This document shows, piece by piece, positions 9,522 to 19,646 of a stretch of DNA of 64,000 bases; positions within the stretch are counted from its first letter, which is position 1, and every line of letters begins with the position of its first letter. Origin of the DNA: Candidatus Versatilivorator sp. (GTDB lineage: Bacteria; Acidobacteriota; Terriglobia; Versatilivoradales; Versatilivoraceae); the NCBI GenBank assembly GCA_965262635.1, contig OZ253547.1:4156234-4220233 (forward strand). Direction: 5' to 3'. The notes beneath the pieces are model-generated. The model was not told where the DNA came from, did no database searches, and saw only the letters and a program-made list of their open reading frames with translations. A program made the translations under genes and the position numbers.

Positions 9522-11108
9522 TCAACGGTAGCGGACCCACAGCTCGACTTCGGTCAACTCCAGCTTGGCCGTGACCATCGGATTGCGTTTTCTCAGGAAG
9601 AAACGGACTTGGTTGCTGCCGGGGTTGGGATAGGGACCTGAGGTGAGGTCGATTTCGATCCAGCGCTCGCCGAAGGCCACCGGGTCGGCCTGGCAACGCT
9701 GCTGCCGGCGAGGAATGGGCGCTCCGTTCAGATGGACCTCCCACTCGTCGCTTTCCGGGGTGATGCCGGGTACGCCCAACTTCAGATTAACCTGCTTGAC
9801 TAGCTTGGAGGCCGCGGCTGCCGGGAGGTCATCGCCCACAATCAGGGAAATGGAATGGCCGTCGGCCCGGGTGTCCAGCTCTATCGGAATCTGCCTGGGG
9901 CTGTCCGCCAGGTCGTGCCTCGAGTTCGGCAGGAGGAAGTAGTGTTTATCCCGCAGCCGGATGCCCTCGGGGTCGCCGATCTCCCGCAGGATTCTCCTGT
10001 CGTCCTGGCAGAGGGGGTGAGGTCGATGGTTGAAAAAGTTGTAGAGGTAGAGGCTGTCCACCCCCGCCTGCCAGTATCTGGCCGCCGCCGCCCGGAACTG
10101 CTCGTCGCTGACGTCCATTCTCTGCTCCAGGCAGGGCGCCACCGCAATGGAGGTCCCGGAGGTCAGCTTCAGAAAATCTTCCACCGGAACATCCATGTTG
10201 AACCGGATGTAGTGCTTGGGCACGACCGAATCCACCAGGCCCTCCTCGATCCAGGCCCGCACGTCCAGTCCGATCTGCAGGGCCCCCTCCAGAGTTCTCG
10301 GCACCAGCACCTGGAGTTGCAGCTCCCGGCCCTTCTCGCGCGCGATTTCCTGCATGCGACGGCGCACCTTCCTCACGAATTCCGTCATGACAGAAGCCTT
10401 GCCGCGGGCCTCCTCCGGCTTGAAGTAGAAGGGGTGCCTCAGGAAATCGAGCTCGAAGCCCTCGATGTCATAGCGCTGGCAGGTCTCTTCGATGATGGCC
10501 AGGTGAAAGTCGTGGATCTTCGGGTGGGAGAAGTCAAAGAGATGCCGGGAAAAGTGCTTCGTATTGCCGCCGATGCGCAATTCCGGGTGCTGGTGCCAGA
10601 AGGTTCCCGTCCAGAAATTCTTCTCCGGCCCCTCCTTGGAGTAGGCGAAATGGGCATCGTTCATGCGCTGGCTGACAAAATACTGAAGCCCTTGCTGGTG
10701 AGCGCGCTCGCCCAGCACCCGTACCGGGTCGTTCCCCTGCTCCACCAGGTGGCGGGCGTTTTCCCCTCTTCGAAAATCGAAGGCGCTGGAATAGGTCCCC
10801 TTGGCCAGGTCCCAGGCTCTTTCGCCAACCTTGGTGTCGTGCAGGAAGACCCGAGGGAGCACCAGGCAGTAGACGTACCGGTCCACCGGGGTCCCCGAGA
10901 ACTGATCCACCAGGTCGGTGAGTTCCTCCACCTTCATGGGATAGCGGTGGGGGATGAAGACCACGCTGTTGCCGTCGTCGTTATAGATCAGGCGAGGCTT
11001 GCCGGTCTGGCTCCGAGTCTCGCGCCCGGAGCCCGGGCTGGGCGCCGGCGCTGCCAGCAGCCCGGCGGCGCCGGCGCCGACTTTGAGAAACTGTCGTCTT
11101 GTGGCCAT
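9522..11108 (-). CDS. TAT-secreted glycoside-hydrolase-like protein (GHL10/DUF187-type)
   Basis: 528 aa; TAT signal MATRRQFLKVGAGAAGLLAAP; LIYNDDG...WHQHPE...IEGFELDF motifs. Confidence 0.5.
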   Translation of the reverse strand: MATRRQFLKVGAGAAGLLAAPAPSPGSGRETRSQTGKPRLIYNDDGNSVVFIPHRYPMKVEELTDLVDQFSGTPVDRYVYCLVLPRVFLHDTKVGERAWDLAKGTYSSAFDFRRGENARHLVEQGNDPVRVLGERAHQQGLQYFVSQRMNDAHFAYSKEGPEKNFWTGTFWHQHPELRIGGNTKHFSRHLFDFSHPKIHDFHLAIIEETCQRYDIEGFELDFLRHPFYFKPEEARGKASVMTEFVRKVRRRMQEIAREKGRELQLQVLVPRTLEGALQIGLDVRAWIEEGLVDSVVPKHYIRFNMDVPVEDFLKLTSGTSIAVAPCLEQRMDVSDEQFRAAAARYWQAGVDSLYLYNFFNHRPHPLCQDDRRILREIGDPEGIRLRDKHYFLLPNSRHDLADSPRQIPIELDTRADGHSISLIVGDDLPAAAASKLVKQVNLKLGVPGITPESDEWEVHLNGAPIPRRQQRCQADPVAFGERWIEIDLTSGPYPNPGSNQVRFFLRKRNPMVTAKLELTEVELWVRYR

Positions 11109-11299
11109 GGGACAGGCACCTTTCTCTGTACATCTCTGTGCAGTCTTTTTCGACGCCGGCGGGGCCGGCGTTCAACCAGTCTGGATTGATTTAGGGACAG
11201 GCTAACAAATTCGCTGCTGCCTGGAAAGGCACGGGATCCTGAGCTGGCGCCGATGGACCGCATCTTGGGCGTCATCCGAGCTCAAGACAATAGAAAGTC

Positions 11300-13093
11300 T
11301 CAACGACCTTCCGACGCCTGTGCCTGTGCTTCGCTCAAGGGGTGGGCCAGCAGCGGCGGGCGGGGAATATCTCCGGGGGGACGCCGCAGCGCCAGGTCTT
11401 CGAACAAGAGCGATGGAACGACCAGCGAGACAACCGGGGGCGGCCCCATGAAACCAACGGAAGAAAAGGGGAAGTTCATCTGGAGACGAAGGGTTGTATG
11501 GTGGGAAGTCAGAGCATCGGAGGCGGCCACGATCTCCCGGAAGCTGGACGCGCTGAGGCCCAGGAGAACCGCCTTGCGAATCGGCTCCTCACGCCCGTCG
11601 GGAAATACCTTGTAGGCCTCGGTTACGGGCTTGAGCTTCGGTCTCGCCTCCCCACCCGGCATCGCGAAGAAGGAATCTCGGTCTCGGGACAACGTCATAT
11701 TGGGACTGCCCACACGCCGGACGACGATTCCGAAATCCAGGCCCCGCTCCTCCACCAGGTCGAGCAACTCCTGCCTGATTTCCTCCGACTTCAACCCGTT
11801 CCTCGGCATCAGGAAGAGGTTGGAGGGACTTGGTCCCGTATTTCTTCGATTCCCCGTACTGTTGGACACCCCTGAAACCGGGGTGCGGGTGGCAAGCAGG
11901 GTCTTGAGAATGCCTCTTTGGACGACTGTTGTGCGGCGGGAGCGCACCCCCTCCTCATCGACCTCATACCCCCCCAGCAGCGGCGCTTCGCCGTGCATCC
12001 CGGCCGTGGGGTCGTCGACGACGTTGAGAAACCGGGGCAGGACCCTGGAGCCCAGCTTTTCCAGAAACGGATTTTCGGGACCGGATCCGAATCGACCGAA
12101 CATGGGATTGTCGGCGATGGGGGTCCGCAGCGCCAGCAGCCTGGGCGCCAGTATCTGGTTCACCAGCTCCGCCGCGGCCTGCCCTTCAAACAACACCGGA
12201 CCGCTGTAACGCTCCACAAACCCGGCTTCCCGGAGCCGGCCCAGCCGTTCAGCCGTGGCCCGAATCCTTGCCTCCAGTTCGGCCTGGTCGGGAAGGTCCT
12301 TCCACTGACGGCCGCGGGCGACCACGAAGTCCTCCAGGGGTGTCCCGTCCACGGCTTGCGTGGCCGCCAGGGCTTGTATGGAGGCGGAGGAGAAGTTCCT
12401 GACATAGGAAGAACCTTCACTGTTGACGAAGTAAACCTTCCCGCTACTCACGCTGGCGCTGACACGGGAGTCGAAGATATGCGGCATTTCCTTGAAGAGG
12501 GCGGACAACTCCTGCACCGTCTCCTCTAATTGAGCCGCATCCGGCAGAGGGACCGGTGATCCATCGTCTCTGTACTCAACCGGTTCTTCACGGCTGAAGT
12601 CGGGAATAATCTCGACCCGCGTCTTGTTCTGAAGGGTGGCGCGCTTCTTGGCAAGGCTGTGGACGGCCTGCTTGTAGGCCCCGTCGGTAGCCAGCCAGAT
12701 CTGCCGCCTCAGCTCCTTGTAGTCGTCTCGCAGTGGGAGAGACACCGGAAACCCGTCTCGGACCACCCTGGAACGCAATCGACCGAAATCCATGAAATTG
12801 GTGTTGTCGAGGTCGTGATCTCCAACCCTCAGCTCCACAGACAGGAATCGACTGCCGGTCCCGCGGCCGCGACCGAGCAGGCCGCCCAGAATGGCCGTGC
12901 TGCCCCGGCCTTCGGATTCGCGAACCCAGTAGGCCACGTAATAGGGTCTGTCCATATCCTCCAGTTGCAGCCTTTCCATGGTTCGACCCATCTCGTCCCG
13001 CAGGGCCTTCATCAGCACGTTTTCCTGGGCCTGAAGCGGGAGACCGGTCAGCAGAACAGTAATCCAGAGGGTGCAAATGGCGCCGCGTTTCAT
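11300..13093 (-). CDS. secreted TldD/PmbA-family (peptidase U62) protein
   Basis: 597 aa, signal peptide, TldD/PmbA-type core (..VELRVGDHDLDNTNFMD.., C-terminal GG..G motifs). Confidence 0.8.
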   Translation of the reverse strand: MKRGAICTLWITVLLTGLPLQAQENVLMKALRDEMGRTMERLQLEDMDRPYYVAYWVRESEGRGSTAILGGLLGRGRGTGSRFLSVELRVGDHDLDNTNFMDFGRLRSRVVRDGFPVSLPLRDDYKELRRQIWLATDGAYKQAVHSLAKKRATLQNKTRVEIIPDFSREEPVEYRDDGSPVPLPDAAQLEETVQELSALFKEMPHIFDSRVSASVSSGKVYFVNSEGSSYVRNFSSASIQALAATQAVDGTPLEDFVVARGRQWKDLPDQAELEARIRATAERLGRLREAGFVERYSGPVLFEGQAAAELVNQILAPRLLALRTPIADNPMFGRFGSGPENPFLEKLGSRVLPRFLNVVDDPTAGMHGEAPLLGGYEVDEEGVRSRRTTVVQRGILKTLLATRTPVSGVSNSTGNRRNTGPSPSNLFLMPRNGLKSEEIRQELLDLVEERGLDFGIVVRRVGSPNMTLSRDRDSFFAMPGGEARPKLKPVTEAYKVFPDGREEPIRKAVLLGLSASSFREIVAASDALTSHHTTLRLQMNFPFSSVGFMGPPPVVSLVVPSLLFEDLALRRPPGDIPRPPLLAHPLSEAQAQASEGR

Positions 13094-13124
13094 GGGAATG
13101 CTCCTCCACAGCCGTCAGGCAAGG

Positions 13125-14813
13125 TTACGGTGACTCCCAGGGAGGGGGAAGGATCGGAAGTCGTTCCGGGGATTTCTCTTTCTTCTGGACCTCGATCTGC
13201 GAAACCAGCACAGCCGGAGAGACGGCAGACACCGGCACGCCTCCTGACTCGGCTCCACAGATGCCGTTAAAGGACTCGAATTGATCGTCCGCAGCCGCGA
13301 TCTTGCTGAAGGAGGTCAGCGGCGTGCCAATGAGGTCCACGCCTCGCACCAGTTCCTCGCGCCCGTCGGCGTAGATCCGGTACACCAGGGTGGGCAGCAC
13401 GTTAAAGGAATTCGGCGTGAACCTGCCGGTCATGGTGAACCCGCCCTGGACGTCCTTGAAATAGAGTCCGAAGGGTTTGTCCTCCCGCTTGAGGCTGTCG
13501 ATCAACATGGCCTTGAGCTCTTCGCGGGAGTGGGACCGGGTGACCTCGACGAAAAGGTTCGACTGGCGCGCCACCGCCGCCAGGCCCGACTGTTTTCGAC
13601 CGTGCCCATTGGAGCGGGAGAATCCCTCGACCGGAGTCCGGGACATCAGGAAGTTCTTCAACACTCCCTTTTCAATGACCGGCACCCGCCGAGCCTTCAC
13701 CCCCTCATTGTCGTAGCCGTAGGCCCCGACCAGGTCCATCTCCCCCCTGCGCCGGACGGTGGGGTCGAAAATGACCGAAAAGGTCTCGGGCAGCACCTTC
13801 TGATTCACCATCTTCTTGAAGGTCTGGCCCTCGTCTTCCCTTTTCTGGCGATGGCCTTCGACCCGATGGCCCAGAATCTCATGGAAGAACACCCCGCTGG
13901 CCCGGCCGGAGAGAATGGCCGGTCCGGTATAGGGATCCACCAGCGGGGCCTCCCGCAGGGCCTTGAGATCGGCAATCATTTCCTGGACGGTCTCCAGAAT
14001 CTCGCTGTCGTCGGGGAGCCCCTCGGCAGTGAAGGAGAAGAAGGACTCGTAGCGCGGCAGCTCCATCCCGTCCTCGGCCTTGGTGTAGGCCATGATCATC
14101 AGGCGGTAGTAGGATTGAGAGGTCCGAATCTCACTGCCTTCGCTGTTCACGTACCAGCGAGTCTCCACACTCGCCGACAGCGTGGCATCGGCAGAGTAGA
14201 TGTAACCGGAACCGGAAAAAGGAGCCGTGTATCTGCGCAGCTTCTCCTCCCAGGTAGTCCGGTCGTAATTCAGAGGCAGCGGCTCCTCCAGCCATTTCTG
14301 AGCGGGTTCGGCCGAGAAGTCTCCGGCCTGATCCTCCTCTTCCACCTTGACCTGCACGTTGGCCCTGACCTTGGCCAACTGCTCGACGGCTGCCTTGTAC
14401 TGCTGGTCGGTGCGGCGCCAGAGGATGCTTCGAAGCGCCCCCGGATCCTCCAAGGGCGCCTGCTGGTAGGCAAAACGAGGGAAATTGGACAACCTGTCTC
14501 CCCGGATGGGGTGGGTGTTGTCCAGCTCGGGGCTGCCCACGCGGAGATCGACGTCGACCACGGCGTGATCACCCTCCGAGCTTCCGGTAACGTTCCCGAA
14601 CGAGGCTCTCACCGAAAATCGCCGATTTCCGGTGACCTCGTAGCTGAGAAAGTAAAGCGGCGTCGGCTGTTTCGAGAGCGCTTCGACCGAACGTTGCAGC
14701 TCTTCCTTCATGGCGTCCAGCACCGGAGTGGCGCCACGGACCGGATGGCCGGCCAGGATGGACGCCGCCACCAGCAGGGTTGGAAACAGGAGGCTTCGGT
14801 GGGGTGATCTCAT
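13125..14813 (-). CDS. secreted TldD/PmbA-family metallopeptidase (HExxxH-containing partner)
   Basis: Start at MRSPHRSLLFPTLLVAASILA (signal peptide). The motif FHEILGHRVEGHR is the TldD zinc-binding HExxxH. It is a paralogue of the upstream gene, making a TldD/TldE-like pair. Confidence 0.8.
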   Translation of the reverse strand: MRSPHRSLLFPTLLVAASILAGHPVRGATPVLDAMKEELQRSVEALSKQPTPLYFLSYEVTGNRRFSVRASFGNVTGSSEGDHAVVDVDLRVGSPELDNTHPIRGDRLSNFPRFAYQQAPLEDPGALRSILWRRTDQQYKAAVEQLAKVRANVQVKVEEEDQAGDFSAEPAQKWLEEPLPLNYDRTTWEEKLRRYTAPFSGSGYIYSADATLSASVETRWYVNSEGSEIRTSQSYYRLMIMAYTKAEDGMELPRYESFFSFTAEGLPDDSEILETVQEMIADLKALREAPLVDPYTGPAILSGRASGVFFHEILGHRVEGHRQKREDEGQTFKKMVNQKVLPETFSVIFDPTVRRRGEMDLVGAYGYDNEGVKARRVPVIEKGVLKNFLMSRTPVEGFSRSNGHGRKQSGLAAVARQSNLFVEVTRSHSREELKAMLIDSLKREDKPFGLYFKDVQGGFTMTGRFTPNSFNVLPTLVYRIYADGREELVRGVDLIGTPLTSFSKIAAADDQFESFNGICGAESGGVPVSAVSPAVLVSQIEVQKKEKSPERLPILPPPWESP

Positions 14814-15022
14814 TCCGCACCTCTCGTCAAGAACGAATCGAAACACTGGGATTGATTGGCTTATTAGAACCATTGTAACCGTAAAACTGGCCGCCGATCA
14901 AAAATCCACCGCGGACATGGACGGAAGCCGGGACGGGCGAAAGCCGCCCCCCTTGAGTCGGACCGACCCCACTCGGAATCCGTCCCCTGGCCAATTGAGC
15001 AACTTTCAGCCACCCCCCACCG

Positions 15023-17386
15023 TCAGCGCGGCCGTTTCCAATCGAGGTGCCTGCGCAGAAAGCGGAAGGTTCCTTCCCCGTGGATCCGGTGCTCGCCTTC
15101 GAACCATTCGATCTCGGTGCGGCTGCCTTGGCCCAGTTCCCGGTAGAGACGCCGGACCTTGGCGTATTCGTGGGCGACCCACTCGTCCAGGCCCACGGCG
15201 TCCCGATGCCCACGCTCCACCATGAAGGGACGGGGGAAGATCAGGTAGGCCATCTCCGCATAATTGAAGCTCGTTCCCAAGCCGAACTCCGGCATTTCGT
15301 ACTCTCCGGTGAACATGTAGCTGTTGGGCCACTCCACGGTCACGTTCTTCCAGATCCACTGGTTGAAATCCCCGGAACAGATGGAGAGGGCGTAGTCCTC
15401 CAGAACCGCCGGGACTCTCATGGCGGTCTTGCCGCCGTAGCTGAGGCCATAGAAGCCGATCCGCTCGCCGTCCACCCAGGGAAGGGTCTTCAGCCAGTCC
15501 AGGATCCGGCGGTGCTGGCCGACGATGAAGGAAAAGATGGAGAGCTTGAGGGGGTTGGCCTTGCGCTGCAGCACCCGGAAGCGGTCTCCTCCCCGGTAGG
15601 GGTTGTGGGGGGCGAAGACGATGAAACCCTCGTCGGCCAGGCGGGAGGCAAAGGCCCGATAGTAGCGAAATCCGTCAACGTCGGTCCGAATCACGTCCCC
15701 GGGAAGCCCCTCCAAACCGTGCTGAGCCACCACCACCGGCCGTCGTTCCCCGGGCTGAAGATCTTTGGGAACCAGCAAAATTCCCCAGGCGAAGACCTCG
15801 GGCCAGACGTCGAGCACCACCTCGTACCCCGTCCACTTCCCGGTCTCCCGCCACCGGCGTGAACGCGGGTTGGCTGCAACCATGGGGTCCTCGATCTTGC
15901 CCAGGATCTCCTTCCAGAAGGTGGAGCGCCAGCGGGCCGATTCTCGGGTGAAGGACTCGGCAGACTCCCGGCCGGCTCGCTTCAGATAGCGTTGGTCCCG
16001 GATTCGGTCCGAGATTGGCAGGAGGTCCTGCAGCGTCCTTTGGATGTCGCGCACCAAGCGCCGCTGCTGCCCGATCGCGTCGGGACCCTCCCCGGTGCGC
16101 TCCGGCTCCGCAGCCGAATCTGCCGCAACCACCGCCAGGGGTTCCAGCAACCCCTGCAGCGCCCGCGCTGACCCTGCAGGGACCGTCCCGGCCCGCGGAT
16201 CCGGGGGGACCAGCTTGACCCGGGTCCCGGCCCCGGCGGGAAGGGCCTGCGCCCACCGCTTGAGCCGCTCGAACTCGGAGATCACCCCCTCGGCCGGCGG
16301 AGTCTCGATCCTGCCGGGAGCCGCCACCGGCTTGCGGCCTCCTTCGGCGGGAGGGGGCCCCTCCACCCGAGGGGCTCGGGAGTGCTCGACCACCAGGGTG
16401 CGGGGCAGCACCAGGCTCCCGATCTCGGCATCTCCGAACTCGGTCAGCAGGGCCCAGACATTGCGGTAGATCGGTTCCTGCCAGATCCGCTCCCGAGCGG
16501 AAAAATAGCCGCTCACCAGGCAGGAATCGATTCTCGGGTCCGCCGCCGCGGCGTAGAGCGCGATCAGGCCTCCCTCGCCGTGGCCGGCCACGCCAATTCC
16601 AACTCCCGGCGAGCTTGTCGACTCCAGCCAGTCCACCAGGGCCAGGACCTTCTGCACTTCGTATCCGATCGGGTGGCGCCCCAGGGGATAGGCCATGCGG
16701 TAGAGCCATTCCCGGTGAGGCATGTTGGTCATTGCCGGCCGGCCGGTCTCGAGAGCCGGGTTGCCCGAGAACCGGCTGGTGCGGTCGACAAGCGCGGGCA
16801 CAATCACCTGGCAGCCGGATTCCGCCAGGCGAAGGGCAAACCTGTCCTCCGGCCGAACCCCCGGCTCCACTCCCACCAGTTGCCGCGGGGTGACGTCGGC
16901 ATCCGGCAGGGCGATCACCTGGGCAATGGGCGCCCGGTTCCTGGGTCGAACCAGCAGGCCCTCCGCCCCCAGGCCCGCCACAACGTCCCAACGGACCCGC
17001 CAGACGGTCACCGAAGCGCTTTCCGCCAGGGGCGCCCCTCCCTCGGCCGAGAGGAACTCCAGCCGCACCGGGGACCTCCGGTCGACCACTCCGATGATTT
17101 TGCGGAAACGCTCCCGGTTGGCCTCGACCGAGCGGGCGTAGTCGGCCTCGGCGGAGAAATCTCTCTCCCAGAAAGCCGCTCGTCCTTCAGGGGACGCCTC
17201 CAGCCGACGCATGAGGAAACGGTCGATCCCGGCCACCATGCGAGCCGACAGATCGCCGTCCCAGGTCAGCTCGGCGGTGCCGGGGAGGTTCCCGGGTTGC
17301 CGGGACAGGACCCCGGGGCCGGCCTGAACCAGCAAAACCAGTCCGAAAAGAAGAATTCGCTTCCACATGTACATGGGCTTCACCAT
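15023..17386 (-). CDS. secreted tandem alpha/beta-hydrolase (dienelactone hydrolase / acetyl-xylan-esterase-like)
   Basis: N-terminal signal peptide (MVKPMYMWKRILLFGLVLLVQA), a GLSYGG nucleophile elbow (GxSxG), and two hydrolase-like halves. Confidence 0.7.
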   Translation of the reverse strand: MVKPMYMWKRILLFGLVLLVQAGPGVLSRQPGNLPGTAELTWDGDLSARMVAGIDRFLMRRLEASPEGRAAFWERDFSAEADYARSVEANRERFRKIIGVVDRRSPVRLEFLSAEGGAPLAESASVTVWRVRWDVVAGLGAEGLLVRPRNRAPIAQVIALPDADVTPRQLVGVEPGVRPEDRFALRLAESGCQVIVPALVDRTSRFSGNPALETGRPAMTNMPHREWLYRMAYPLGRHPIGYEVQKVLALVDWLESTSSPGVGIGVAGHGEGGLIALYAAAADPRIDSCLVSGYFSARERIWQEPIYRNVWALLTEFGDAEIGSLVLPRTLVVEHSRAPRVEGPPPAEGGRKPVAAPGRIETPPAEGVISEFERLKRWAQALPAGAGTRVKLVPPDPRAGTVPAGSARALQGLLEPLAVVAADSAAEPERTGEGPDAIGQQRRLVRDIQRTLQDLLPISDRIRDQRYLKRAGRESAESFTRESARWRSTFWKEILGKIEDPMVAANPRSRRWRETGKWTGYEVVLDVWPEVFAWGILLVPKDLQPGERRPVVVAQHGLEGLPGDVIRTDVDGFRYYRAFASRLADEGFIVFAPHNPYRGGDRFRVLQRKANPLKLSIFSFIVGQHRRILDWLKTLPWVDGERIGFYGLSYGGKTAMRVPAVLEDYALSICSGDFNQWIWKNVTVEWPNSYMFTGEYEMPEFGLGTSFNYAEMAYLIFPRPFMVERGHRDAVGLDEWVAHEYAKVRRLYRELGQGSRTEIEWFEGEHRIHGEGTFRFLRRHLDWKRPR

Positions 17387-17472
17387 TGTGGCTTGAAACG
17401 CAATCGGCCGCAATAGGAGTAGAATCTGTCCAAGCATCACCTACTCTTGAACGAGTTGAAGGAGGGAGAGCA

Positions 17473-19086
17473 ATGAAGACTGGAAGAAGATCCGCAAAAC
17501 AGGCCGATCCGGTCCCGATGAAACTTGCGGCTTGCCTGGCCCTGGTCCTGGCCGCGGCTGGATGCGGTGGAACGGCACCCGCTGGATTGGAGGTCACGGC
17601 CTCCCAGCGCGTGCATCCGGTGCTGATCCGGAATGATCACAATCCCCTGATGCGGCTGACGGTCGAAGCCAGGGACCCCGGCCTCAGCGCCCGATCCTTC
17701 ACATTCAGGCTGAGCGGCACCGACGATCCCAACGACATTGAATCGCTTGAGTTGTTTTTCTCGGGCGATGGGGAGGATTTTCAGGCCGGGAACCGCTTCG
17801 GCGACCCCACCGGTCCCGCCCCTGAACTGGTCTTCCGCGGCGACCGGGAACTTTCGCCGGGGAAGAACGTCTTCTGGCTTTCCGTGAAACTGCGGCCCAC
17901 CGCCGACCTGGGCCACCGGATCGATGCGGTCTGCACCGCCGTGGAAACCTCGGCGGGGACGGCCAGGCCCAGGGACAAAACCCCCCAGGTCAGCAAGCGC
18001 ATCGGGGTGGCGCTGCGCAAACACATGGAGGACGGGGTGCATACCTACCGCATCCCCGCGCTAGCTACTACTCCCAAGGGCACCCTGCTGTGCGTCTACG
18101 ACCTGCGGAGACGGAAGTCGCGAGACCTGCAGGAAGACATCGACGTCGGGCTGAGCCGCAGCACCGACGGCGGCCAGACCTGGGGATCCCAGCGCGTGAT
18201 CATGGACATGGGAGAGTGGGGCGGGCTGCCCCAGCAGGAGAACGGCATCGGCGACCCGGGCATCCTGGTCGATCCCAGCACCGGAGAAATCTTCGTCTCG
18301 GCCGTGTGGATGTGGGGCAAGCTTGGCAAGCACCAGTGGGTCGAGGACGGCTCCGAGCCCGGATACGACATCGCCAGGAGCGCCCAGTACATGATGGTCC
18401 GCTCCCGGGACGACGGGCTTGGCTGGACCGAGCCGCAGAACCTCACCCGCACGCTGAAGCAGCCGGAATGGTGGCTCTTCGCCCCGGCTCCCAATCAGGG
18501 CATCGCTCTTTCCGACGGCACCCTGGTCATGCCCACCCAGGGGCGGGACCGGACGGGATATCCGTTCGCCAACATCACCTACAGCCGCGACCACGGCGCC
18601 ACCTGGACCGTGAGCAACTTCGCCTTCAGCGGCGGCAACGAATGCCAGGCGGTAGAGCTCGGCGACGGTTCCATCATGCTGAACATGCGCAATGACAAGA
18701 AAGACCCCTACCGGGCCGTCTTTGTGACCCGGGACCTGGGGCAGACCTGGGAACCGCACCCCACCGACCGCAAGGCCCTGGTGGAACCCAACTGCAACGG
18801 AAGCCTTTATCGGTTCGACTACCGGGAAAGGGGCGAGTCGAAGACGCTCCTGCTATTCGCCAATCCCAACGCCACCGACGGCCGGCACCACCACACCCTG
18901 AAACTCAGCTTCGACCAGGGGATGACCTGGCCGGAGGAATATCAGATCCTGCTGGATGAAGGCCGCGGGCGGGGCTACCCCAGCATCAGCCGGGTGGACG
19001 ATCGCCACGTCGGAATCGTGTACGAGGGAAGCCAGGCCGACCTGGTCTTCGAAAAGCTGTCGCTGGAGGAGCTGCTGAAGCGGTAA
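17473..19086 (+). CDS. exo-alpha-sialidase (GH33, BNR repeat) lipoprotein
   Basis: Lipobox LAAAGC. The YRIP motif (YRIPALATT) and Asp-boxes (SRSTDGGQTW, SRDDGLGWT, SRDHGATWT, TRDLGQTWE, SFDQGMTW) are present. Confidence 0.8.
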   Translation: MKTGRRSAKQADPVPMKLAACLALVLAAAGCGGTAPAGLEVTASQRVHPVLIRNDHNPLMRLTVEARDPGLSARSFTFRLSGTDDPNDIESLELFFSGDGEDFQAGNRFGDPTGPAPELVFRGDRELSPGKNVFWLSVKLRPTADLGHRIDAVCTAVETSAGTARPRDKTPQVSKRIGVALRKHMEDGVHTYRIPALATTPKGTLLCVYDLRRRKSRDLQEDIDVGLSRSTDGGQTWGSQRVIMDMGEWGGLPQQENGIGDPGILVDPSTGEIFVSAVWMWGKLGKHQWVEDGSEPGYDIARSAQYMMVRSRDDGLGWTEPQNLTRTLKQPEWWLFAPAPNQGIALSDGTLVMPTQGRDRTGYPFANITYSRDHGATWTVSNFAFSGGNECQAVELGDGSIMLNMRNDKKDPYRAVFVTRDLGQTWEPHPTDRKALVEPNCNGSLYRFDYRERGESKTLLLFANPNATDGRHHHTLKLSFDQGMTWPEEYQILLDEGRGRGYPSISRVDDRHVGIVYEGSQADLVFEKLSLEELLKR

Positions 19087-19154
19087 CGGCGAGGGAAGCG
19101 CACCCGCGGCTCTGATGCCAGGTAAGCCGGCCCCCGCCCTGCCGTGCGGATCAT

Positions 19155-19630
19155 TCGAGGAAGAAACTGCCGATCGTTTTTTAAGACGAACCACCAATGG
19201 ACACGAATAGGGATGGACCACCTTCAATGACCAACCGCGCCCGAATGCATCTGCGATATCGTGACCTTGATATCACGACGTCATGGGAGGAAGCCCACCC
19301 GGGAGCGCGGGCGTCCCGCCCGCACAACACTGGCAAAACCTCGCCCATCTCCTCGAACCGGGTCGACCGGCAACGGCGCCAGGACTCTGCTTCGGCCGAG
19401 CCCATGCCGTTCCCGCCGACAGGGTAGCCGGGTGTCGCATCGCAGGGAAACTGAGCGGCAACCCAAGGGAGAGGATGCGGGCGGGACGCCCGCGCTCCCG
19501 GGGGGGGGCCGCTTTCGTCACGATTGCCCTTCAAGGGAGAGTCAGCGCAACCGAACTGGCTGGATGGTCGCCTTAAATCCCAATTTGACAATCCCTTAGT
19601 GGCCCTTCGTGGATAACTCTTTTTCTTTTG
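19155..19630. repeat. MITE-like intergenic repeat, family A copy 1 (core 19298-19504 bounded by 27-bp TIR cccgggagcgcgggcgtcccgcccgca)
   Basis: Four copies in the window. The others are at 21960-22420, 57925-58175 and 59040-59665, the last inverted. Each TIR contains a gcgggcg-tcc-cgcccgc mini-hairpin. Confidence 0.75.
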
Positions 19631-19646
19631 TTTCAGGTAAGCCGTC

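Noticed and set aside
15675-16991. 438-aa minus-strand ORF in another frame
   Set aside because: It overlaps the alpha/beta-hydrolase gene, its translation is a Gly/Arg/Pro run, and it is spurious.
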